DNA from: Octopus vulgaris
Taxonomy: Eukaryota
DNA length: 64,000 nt
Direction: 5' to 3'
NCBI GenBank assembly: GCA_951406725.2
Contig: OX597842.1
Span: forward strand, 17,112,001 to 17,176,000
Each line of letters begins with the position of its first letter. The stretch's first letter is position 1. The translations under genes were made by a program, and so were the position numbers. Positions 53,833 through 64,000 of the stretch are shown here, piece after piece. The notes below the pieces were generated by a model that did no database searches, was not told the DNA's origin, and worked only from the letters and a program-made list of their open reading frames with translations.

Positions 53833-54338
53833 AGTGTATGTACCTATGTGCATGAAAATGGCTGTCTTGCATTTATTTGATAGGTAATATGAGAACATAC
53901 TGTATCACCCTGCGTCGCTGCACCCACCATTTCTTAGTGATTCCCTGACGGACGACGCCCTTGTATCATTTACGTGACAACCCTCCAACCCATGGTTCTG
54001 TTAGGGTAGTCGATGGTAGTGAGGGTTTTACGAGATCAAAGTGCAAATGCTAACTCGTACCCTTTTAATCTTTGTTTACAAAATGCAGACGAAAGTTTGG
54101 GTCTATTCATTGATATGCCAGTCCCCTTCACAGCCCTGGGGCAACGTGAAATGTAGTGTCTTGCTCAAGGATACAATACGCCATCCTGTCTGGGAATCGA
54201 TCGCACGTTCAGAGGATCGTAAATGCAAACCCTGACCCCTAAGCCACTCACATTCACTGATGAAAAAAATGTATAAACTTTGGGATATTATTTCAAAATT
54301 CAATAAAATGATAATCGTGGTTCCTGATTGTGAATATC

Positions 54339-54742
54339 GGATCTTGTCCGTTTGAAAGGCACTTTTTAAAATAATTTCCACGTAACTAAAGACTTTTCAA
54401 CTTCAAATTCTTGTAGAATGTGTTTATAAAACATCTTTTTCTCTTGGCTTTATTGAGAAAATTCTATAGTTTGTAAGATATTTCTTGTTGTTTTTCTTCA
54501 ATCTCTGCAATTTCAACCAATCAATGACGTCTGTTGAGGTAAAAAATTTTCTTTGTCGTATGAATATGTCCCTCTTTTAAGAAACAGAATGGATTTATTT
54601 ACATTTGTGAAGAAAAAAAATACCCCCCCCCTAAACTTAAAACACATTGAAATGCAATAGATCGATACTAGGGTCATAATTATGGGTGACAATTTGATAT
54701 GACACCGCTAGAAAAAAACTGCCTTTCAAACCGAAAAGAGGC
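54339..54742. mobile_element. MITE (404 bp) with 8-bp TSD; another end fragment at about 11198-11285
   Basis: TIRs GGATCTTGTCCGTTTGAAAGGCA / TGCCTTTCAAACCGAAAAGAGGC. TSD TGAATATC at 54331-54338 and 54743-54750. Absent from the paralog at about 22680. Confidence 0.82.
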
Positions 54743-55351
54743 TGAATATCTTCTAATCGATTCTTAATATTAACTGATTACGTTCAGCGGAATAAATGGC
54801 TGCTTAAGCGCATAAAATATTTATACTGTAATGATTTTTAGAAAGATAGAAAATATACTAATAACAAATAAATCACGATATTATATATTGATTAGACTCA
54901 AGGTTGTTTATCACAATCTGCAGCCGGATATTATTAGTATTTCCTATTTATTCCTTCAAAATGGATTAATTAGTTTATATACAAAGTTCCAATGACTATT
55001 CGGATATTTCTTGCATGGACTTGTTACTTCTCTGAAATTAATGAGCTTTCCCCCCGATTCTTAATATTCATTTTATTTGTGAGCTTACCATGACGTATTT
55101 CCCATTTTGATCGATAAACAACATTTATGAGGATGTGTGTGTATATGTGTGTGTACACGTGTGTGTATGTGTGTGTATATATATATAGGCGTGGGTGTGT
55201 CTGTGTGTTACTTCCTAATTACATGGATCCGGGTTCGGCCCCACAGCGTGACACCTTGCGAAAGGGCCTTCTTCTGTAGACTCGGGTTGGTCAAAGCCCC
55301 ATGACTTGTAAGTGGATTTGGAACTGGAAGGACCCGACGTATATCTATCTG

Positions 55352-55412
<61 letters not shown>

Positions 55413-55663
55413 TTGTATGTATGTATGTATATATGTATATATATATATATATATGTATACACACATAGATATCTATATATACATACATATATATACACAT
55501 ACATATATATAAATATATATATGTATACATATGTAAGTATACATATGAATATATACATATATATATATACATATATATACTTATATGCATATATATATAT
55601 ACATATATATACTTATGTGTATACATATACATATATATATATATAGTTATATAAATATGTATG

Positions 55664-55696
<33 letters not shown>

Positions 55697-55698
<2 letters not shown>

Positions 55699-57205
55699 TT
55701 TGATACTTTGATACTTTGATAGGTTTCGGCCATTATTGGCCCAGGCCATGTCTAACTTAATAGCACCACCTGGTGAAGTCTTTCAAGTCAGAATTTGGGC
55801 ACTATGGCCCACTCAAGTAGAGAGTTATTGTTTACAGAGACTTATCCGGGTATAGGGGGTTTATCCGGGATTTCTTGAAGGAATCTGTCCAAAGACTTCT
55901 TGAACCCTATAGGGTCAGTTTCTGGTGTAATGTTAAAGAGAGCGGGGCCAATTGAGGTGAAATAATTGTGCCGTATTGTTGTTATGAGATGAGAGTGAGA
56001 TTTTTGTTTTGGGCGGATGGCACGGGGCCCAAGCCTTGGATGTACCTTAAAGGTGATGCCAACATCATTTGGGCAATGCTGATGGAATATTTTCCACATC
56101 ATGCAGATGATGTAGCGCTCACGACGACGTTGGAGAGAATAAAGTTTTAGCTTTTCTAGTCGACCCCAATAGTCGAGGCCTGTCATGCCATCTATCTTTT
56201 TTGTGATTGCCCTTTGAGGTGCTTCAACTTTTATGATACCTTTATTGTGTGGGGAGACCACAGTGGACAACAGTATTCAAGGTGGGGTCGGGCAAAAGTG
56301 GAGAAGAGAAGGATAATGGTGTGGATATCTCTCGACTGGAAAGTTCTGAGAATCCAGGAACACATTCTGCGGGCCATGTCAACTTTGGTGTTTATATGAG
56401 TGGCCCAGCTTATGTTGTTGTCCACAATTACTCCCAAGTCTCTGATGTTGTTGGATGCCACGAGAGTTTCACCTGAAGGAAGGGAGTATGGGAGTTTCAG
56501 GGCATCCTCTTTTCCAAAGTGAATTAACTCAAATTTATCCTCGTTCAGCAGCATATTGTTTTTTTCTGCCCATTGGATAACAGCCAGTAGATCTGACTGA
56601 AGGCATGTCCGGTCACTCGCCTCATTTATGACCTTCTGTAGCTTGGAATCATCTGCAAAGATTTTTATGTTGCTGTGCTTGATGATGTCATTAATGTCAT
56701 TAATGTAGATGATGAAAAGAAGTGGGCCCAGCACAGTGCCTTGCGGAACGCCACTACTGACTTTGGCTGGGCTTGATTTTACCCCTTCAACTACAACATG
56801 TTGGGATCTGTCTGTCAGGAAACACTTTATCAATTTCAGTAAATTTCCAGAGACACCAATGTTGGATAGTTTTTTCAATAGGATCTTGTGATCAACCCTG
56901 TCGAAGGCCTTACTGCAATCAAGGTAGATGACATCGGTGTTGGAGCCCTCTCCCAAAGCTCTTAAAATGTCATCAAAGTGATGCAGGAGCTGCGTTAGGC
57001 AGTCCCTTCCAATACGGAACCCATGTTGGTTAGAGATCAGCCGTCTGTTGCTTTCCAGAAATTGGGTTATTCGAGATCTCACCACCCTCTCAAATACCTT
57101 GATGATATGAGAGGTGAGTGAGATCGGACGGTAGTTCACTGCAAGGGACTTGTTTCCCTTTTTGAAAACTGGGACAACAGACTGGGACAGAAGGTTTTTT
57201 GGAAT
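55697..57205 (-). mobile_element. 5'-truncated LINE RT fragment, a near-identical longer sibling of 50291-51391
   Basis: [41 protein letters not shown] and FADD, with one frameshift near 56240. Confidence 0.93.
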
Positions 57206-57348
57206 ATAGCCAAATATATGCTTATATATGCATATATATATGTATATGTACATGTATATATGAATATGTATATATACATGTATATACATGTATATATATA
57301 TATGTATATATACATGTATATATATATGTATATATATGTATATATATG

Positions 57349-57405
<57 letters not shown>

Positions 57406-57445
57406 CAAAAGAAAGAAAGAGACCTCAATATTATTAAATGAAATT

Positions 57446-57524
57446 TATCTATACAATATGTTACATTACTCGGTAGTCAAGATAAAAAAAAAAACACCGA
57501 GTAATGTAACATATTGTATAGATA
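57446..57524. repeat. Perfect 29-bp inverted repeat with 21-nt loop
   Basis: TATCTATACAATATGTTACATTACTCGGT (57446-57474) and its reverse complement (57496-57524). Confidence 0.9.
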
Positions 57525-57639
57525 TATATATATATATATATATTTAGTGAAGGGAAGAAAGACACCCCAAGGTCGTAACCTCAACCGTGTTTTTTCAGTT
57601 GTGTTTTTTGCTACCCGGGATCGGTTAAATCTTGAATAA

Positions 57640-58095
57640 TCCTTAACAAGATAATTGGACTGGACACCTTATTAGAATGAAGGATAGCAGGATCCCTATA
57701 GATGCTATACGGGGAACTTATTAGCGGGAAAAGGCTGCGATTTAAGGATTGTGTCAAGTCCTCATTAAAGGCTTGTGATATGCAGGAGACGGACTGGGAG
57801 AGCAATGCCTGTCATGTCCACAGATGGAAGAAGCATGTTAAGGAAGGGGTCGGCAGCTTTGAGAGAGCATGTATTCAGCATGAAGGACTTAAGCCTGCTG
57901 CTCGAAAACGCATGGCTCGTGTAGTGAATGGAGAAAGCTTGGTCTGCAATGTTTGCAGTCGTGTATGAATGTCAAGAGCAGGACTCATTAGCCCCCAACG
58001 GAGCCGCAAATGCAAAATATAAGTTAGTCCTAGAGCTCAGAATATTCCTAAGGGTCGCAAGGGTCTTCCTTGGTCACGAGTGGACGGCCATCATG
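57640..58095 (+). mobile_element. RTE-clade LINE 3' fragment
   Basis: LYGELISGK, RLRFKDCVKSSLKAC, WE..A...RWKKHVKEG and a CxxC remnant. Confidence 0.75.
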
Positions 58096-58245
58096 TATCA
58101 TCATGTCTATACACACACACACACATGTATATAAATGAATTTATATACGTATATAGATGTGTATATATATATGTGTGTATGTATATATGTATATATGTAT
58201 ATATACATACATATATATATTTATGCATGCATACTTACATACATT

Positions 58246-58350
<105 letters not shown>

Positions 58351-58414
58351 GTATATTTTTCAGGAATGTATTTATGTATGTATGTAAGTATGTATAATTG
58401 TATATTTTTCAGGA

Positions 58415-61400
58415 ATGGAAACAACAATTCAGTACCATTTGATTATTCTTCTTCTGTCAGCTTTGACACTTTTGCTTTTCGTGACTCTTGTAACTGCCGG
58501 AGAACCAACGAATAGAGATGGTCTCTTCAGAAAAACCACAACATCAAAATGCTTAATTGATCAGAATAAAACAACTGACGACGCGTCATCTCTTACAGAA
58601 TGTTCATTTCGGTGTATTTCCCGCGATGAGTGCGAATATTTTACCTATTGTAATGGCCCGTGTTATATGCATCGATCGCTTTACAACGAAGAAATTAAAG
58701 ATCAGGATTGCACATGTTTATCGTATATTTTACTCTCCGGAAACAGTATGTAAATCACAATTTTCTGGCATATTTTTTATAATTTCTGTAATATATTTTC
58801 ATCATTATCCCAATTGTTTTATATACGCACGCACGCACACACACACACACAAACACACACGCACACACATTTATGTATGTATGTATTCTGCCATTCTATT
58901 ATTTGTTTCAGTCATTTGTGGCCATGCTGGAGCACCGCCTTTAGTCGAGCAAATCGATCCCACGACTTATTCTTTGTAAGCCTAGTACTTATTCTATCGG
59001 GCTCTTTTGCGGAACTCCTAAGTAACGGGTGACATAAACACACCAGCATCGGTTGTCAAGTGATGTTAGGGGGACAAACACAAACACACAAACATACACA
59101 CACACACTTATATTTATATATATACATATATATTATTTTAGGAAAGATCTTTGCTCCAATACCCTTGAACGGTCTCCACGTCATCGCAGAAAGAATCCTT
59201 CCAGAATCCCAGTGTGTTTTCCGAACATTACTTGGAACCATAGACACGATCTGCGCCAGACAATTCCAAAGCAAGTATCGAGAACAACAAAACCGCATTT
59301 TCCTTATCTTTTATGATCTGCAAAAGGTTTTTGATAGAGTACCAAGACCAGCCATATGGACGGCCCTTGATTATTTCTTCTCCCTGATCATACAATGGTA
59401 TGACTGGGCGTTTCCTTCATCGTGATGGACTCTCAGAAGAATTCCCAATTACATCTGGAATGAAACATGTTTTCGTTCCCGCTACTATGCTTTTCTCCCT
59501 ATAATTGCTGCAACGATCTATGAACTTCCCTTGGATCAGCTGGGAAAAGACATCAGATATCGTTTTGATGAAAGGCTCTTCAGCCTGGTGAGGTTTCAGT
59601 CAAAGAATCTTACCAGTTCCAAGCGAATCTCAGAACGTCACTTTGTCGATGTCAACATGGTCACTCGGTCACTCAAGCTTAGAACCGCAAAAAGCTGTCA
59701 GTTATTTCACCATTGCGTATCAACGTTTTCAGCTCACTGTAAATTCTAAGAAATCTCAGTTCTTCGCCTAATCAATCCCGAATTCTGCCTTTCTGGACTT
59801 TAACATCATAATTTCGGGCACACCACTGGAACGAGTTAATCACTTTGCATGCCTTAGAAGTGTGCTTTCCACCAAACACAATCTTGAGCGAGATGTGGAA
59901 CGAGGAATCGGATCGGTTCACTCAGCTTTCTTTGAAATAAATAAATGTCTTTCCTGAAAAATCCTGGAAACTTCTGGAATGCACACCTTTTTCTTTAAAA
60001 TCCTATTGGTGTCACAAAAAGTTTACACAGATATGACCGTCATCGGTTGAGGCTGGAGCGTTTGCTAAATTAAATGCGCCTAAGCGTCAGCGGCCCTTAT
60101 CAATGGGAGAAATCCAGTCGTAAATAGATGATTTAAACAGCGATGAAGAAGTGCTTTTCTGATTTTCTGTCATCATCAATTGAAGCAGATGATGTTGAAA
60201 ATGATGTTTCAGATAATACAGAAAAAAATAATGCTGCAACTAGCTCTGGATGGAAAAAGTGCACCGATTCTTCTCCATTTGTACGGTTGTTTAAGACCAA
60301 CAATTATTTTAGTTTTTGTGCTTAATTTAATGAAAATAAATATAAAAATTAGCTTTATGAAAAAGAGGTTTTTTTCGATTATTGCCTGTTTGTAACAACA
60401 TTCATGCAACACTTTTCCGCCGTTTAAGGGTTAACATCTTGTTTGTATACTTACATTTTTTATTGCTGATACAGGTACAAGCTGGCAGAAAGTATTTGAG
60501 ATGACCCCAAACTCATTTAAGAAAAGCCCTATTTATTTGTACTGGGAAGACATGCCTATTGAAAAGGTAATGAATTTTTAGAATTTCAAGATGATTCTCA
60601 TTGAATAACCAATCTACATATTTGTTGCTGTTTTACAATAATTACTAGTGTTTTCTTTTAAATGTTTAATTTCAGTTTCTGATGTTTGTTTCATTTTTAA
60701 AATCTATCTTTTCTGGTTAGCAAGTTTCCTTGGCGGGGTTTCACGATAGAACTAGATCCAGACTAATTTTCCTTCTAAATTTCAATGGAATATTGTGCAG
60801 CGTTTTCATTTGGCGGCAAGAGTGTTGCTATAAAATATACACGACGCATAGAAACCTATTCCTCTCGTATTTATTTCTCCTTTTTTTTTCTGTTTCACTA
60901 GCGAGACTTGGGGACTAAGGTCCGGCCTTTTATTTAGATTTTCATCATTTTCGCCGGGTATCGGTTTGTATGTTTCTGTTTTTCGTGACATTTACATTTA
61001 TATGTGCCTAGCAAACACCTTTCCGCAGCAGCTGAACTCCTCATCTACCATTCCTTTACCTCTTCCTTTCTCATTGTCCATTTCCGGTCCATATCCATTT
61101 CGTTTTTTCCGTTTCTATTTGATCCTTTATTCTCCCCCCGTGGTCCGGGATCATGTGGGCATGATTTCCCCATGCTTTTTCGATGCAATTTTACACCAGA
61201 TCGGGCTGCAAACCCTTTTGATCCTTCGTTACGCTGTCGCACTCTCAAGCATCTCTCCGCTTTGTCATCCCTCTTTCTGGATTGTCAGCAAGTCCTTCCC
61301 TGCAGTCAGTATCTGAGGAACTTCAACCGTGTTTCGTGGTCTGCTACCACAACAGCTCCTTTATAGGATTCAGTTAGCTCAAGACATCATCAGAAGGAAC

Positions 61401-62447
61401 CACGTCCGGTTTCAGCCCCTACTCCTCTTTCGAAGGTGTTTTCAGCTTTGGTGTTGGGTGCATGTCTTCTTTCTTCTTTCTTCTGCTCCCTGGACTCTTC
61501 GATGTATCGTCAACGAGTGTCAACGGGCGACTGTCTTGCATTTTGAAAGGAAGAGGTGAAATGATGAAGTTTAGGTCGAGATTTGTGAATATGTAGATGG
61601 TGTGGCAAAAATAAGAATGCTTTTCCCTCGAGACGAACTTCAGAACAGGGTATAAAGTTACACTCCACCAAGGCCAAAAGATCATGATGGACATACCTAC
61701 ACGCGTACCTACCCCCAACACCTGGCCAGAAACTACTATCCTTCTGACATCCGCTCCTCACGTCCATGAAAAATGCTGTTCAAATGTCCCGCTTCTCGAC
61801 GTGACGTCACTTCCCCTTCCGGTCCTGATGTCTCCCTTCATTCCTCCACAGAATATCAATGTGACATTGTTGATGGGAGATTGATTCTTGTTGTTTTTAT
61901 CCTTTGTTTTTGTCCTGGATTTTGTCAGGGTCTTCTACTTCCCACAGATGCAACGAAACTTTTTATAAAGACTCCGAAATCCCGACTCATTAGTTATTAA
62001 TCCGATTCTCTGTCTCATAAATCCAAACTCTTTCTCGCCATCTTAATCTTGCACTTCAGTCGCTACTTTGTATTTTATCCTCTCACTTTCACTCCCTCTC
62101 TCCTTTCTCTCCGTCTCCTCCTTTTTCACTTCTCTAATCTTTTTCTCTTTTACTCTGAAACTCTCTCACACTCTTCCTTCACTTTTCTTTATATCTCCTT
62201 CTCACCCTCCTACTCTCTTCCTATATAACAACCCAGTCCCCTTTCTCTTACCCCCCTTACTCTTTTAGATTCTTTACTGATCCGAGTCAACTTTCTGTTT
62301 TCAGGTGAAATTTCAGTTGAGCGGAATAGTCTCTTTCACGTATATTTTCAACGGCAGAGGGATGACTTCTACATCGTTGTTCCAAAAAGATAATCTCATT
62401 TCAGGTCCAAATGTCGCTCAGTTATATTCCTATACGTTCAATAACAA
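58415..62447 (+). CDS. PAN/Apple-like secreted protein gene, copy 3, apparently intact (exons 58415-58745, 60475-60566, 62305-62447; exons 4-5 beyond the window)
   Basis: Hydrophobic signal peptide, then [28 protein letters not shown]...DCTC. Exon 2 is [31 protein letters not shown]. Exon 3 is [51 protein letters not shown] sites and phases 1, 0, 2 are consistent with the paralogs. Confidence 0.85.
59140..59935 (+). mobile_element. Highly degenerate RTE-type LINE RT fragment (intron 1 of copy 3)
   Basis: [13 protein letters not shown] and [13 protein letters not shown], with many disruptions. Confidence 0.75.
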
Positions 62448-62549
62448 GTATGTATAAATTATCTTCTTACTCATTATTAACATCTTTAATGATTTAATGA
62501 TAATAAAAATAATGATTTCTCTCATAGGTACAGAATCACGTATTTTAAA

Positions 62550-63600
62550 TAATAATAATAATAATAATGAAATTATTGTATACAGTGCTCAGGTGCACCA
62601 CAACTTGTCAGAAAGTGCATATAAAGTACATGCAGTAATGTAGAAATGTCTGGAAAGCGAACAATGTATGAGTCAGATACATGCTTGTGTGTGTATGGAG
62701 GAGAGAAAATCAGGTGTAGTGTTGGCGAATCTCAGGAAGCATGGAGGTTTTGAAGGATGCAGTGCTCCGACAACTAACAACTGATGCCGACAGTTTGTTC
62801 CATGCTTCAGTAACTCTCAGCGTGAAAATATGTTTCCTGAAAGTCATGGGAGCTGTGCTGTTTTCTTACTTTGTAAATATGTCCACGGGTGTTAAATGGG
62901 TGGAGTTTGAAAAGGTGCTCAGAGTTATTGTTTGTACGATGGTTGATAATTTTATGGGTGTCTGCCAAGTCAGCTGCCAGACGTCGGAGTTTCAATGTGT
63001 CCATGCCCAGAGAAGTAAGGCGTTCAGGATATGGCAAATGCCTGATGGAGGGTATTCTTTTGGTTGCACGTCGCTGAACAGCTTCCAGACGATTGATATC
63101 CTGGGCAAGATAAGGGTTCCAGACCGGTGATGCAAATTCCAGGTGAGGTCTTACCATAGCTATATAAAGCCGCAGATAGATAGCCGGAGAGCGGCTCACA
63201 AAGGATTTGGTGAGTGATGCCAAGACACCCTCAGCCTTCTTGACAATTTTAGCGATGTGTTTTGTCCAACGCAAATCACTGTCGACAATAACACCCAGGT
63301 CACGTTCACATGAAGACTTTTTGAGACTAGTGTTATGGAGGGAGTAGGTGGACGCTGGGTTTCTCCTCCCAAAATGCATGGTGGTACATTTGTCTACAGC
63401 CAGCGTGAGTTGCCAGTCCATGATCCACTGCTGCATTGTGTCCAGGTCTGCTTGCAATAGAGATCTATAGTGTACAGGATTTGACCTCTTTATTTCGAGG
63501 TACAGCTTGATGTCATCTGCATATTTCAGCACTGTGGCATTCTTTAAGTTGGCATCTATGTCATTAACATATGCAACAAATAAAAGGGGGCCAAGAACAG
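62550..63600 (-). mobile_element. CR1-like LINE 3' RT fragment with (ATT)n tail (intron 3 of copy 3)
   Basis: [33 protein letters not shown] and LEAVQRRATK. Confidence 0.9.
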
Positions 63601-63842
63601 AGGTGAAGTCGATTTTATTACTTACTTTATTGCTATTATTTTACCGACCCTAAAATAATGGAAGGCTTTGGTAGAATTTCCGATCAAAATCTTAAGGGAC
63701 GAAACTATCGCAAGGTATATTGCTTGGCACTTCACCGGTTCTCACACTCACCCATTTCATTGTTGTAGTACTAGTAGCAGAGGTGGTAGTGGTCGCGGCG
63801 ATGATAGTAGTAGTAGTAGTAGTAGTTGTTGTAGTAGTAGTT

Positions 63843-63886
<44 letters not shown>

Positions 63887-64000
63887 CCTGGCTGCTATAG
63901 GCACAAGACCTGCAATTTGGGGTAAGGGGGGATTGTTTATTGCTTAATTGGTACTTAATTGGTAATTAATTATTTCATCGACCCCCGAAAGGATAAAATT

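Noticed and set aside
40275-53898. Dozens of long MYVC/YIHT-rich ORFs, up to 348 aa
   Set aside because: They are translations of (TACA)n/(TA)n microsatellites, open in many frames on both strands. There is no evidence they are proteins.
60700-61900. Cluster of short ORFs in intron 2 of copy 3
   Set aside because: No recognisable motifs. Partly homologous to the copy 1 intron and possibly an old retroelement remnant, but I cannot support a call.

Overview
This is AT-rich, microsatellite-laden eukaryotic DNA. The SINE families and C2H2 zinc-finger relics suggest a coleoid cephalopod, probably octopus; that assignment is an inference. Almost all ORFs in the supplied track are microsatellite or antisense artefacts. 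The real content has four parts. (1) A segmentally duplicated cluster of a five-coding-exon gene for a small secreted protein: signal peptide, PAN/Apple-like Cys domain, then a W-rich C-terminal domain. One copy looks intact (+, from 58415, running off the window), one is a pseudogene (-, 15872-9630), and one has lost the PAN domain by an in-frame deletion that exonises intron sequence (-, 28645-26552). The 3' flank of a fourth copy lies at 1-440. (2) A near full-length Penelope-like retroelement (Naiad-type RT plus GIY-YIG, 31263-37253) with a pseudo-LTR, a 5' inversion and a hammerhead ribozyme, plus a second truncated one. (3) Several hammerhead ribozyme motifs, most notably a 362-bp tandem and inverted retrozyme-like repeat (45517-46619) with a compensatory U3-A8 core, and a minimal hammerhead with an A3-U8 core (29775-29809). 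(4) Many LINE fragments, tRNA-derived SINEs, a Helitron, MITEs, a Tc1 remnant and about 10 kb of degenerate (TACA)n. All structures were read by eye; no alignment, folding or database search was run.
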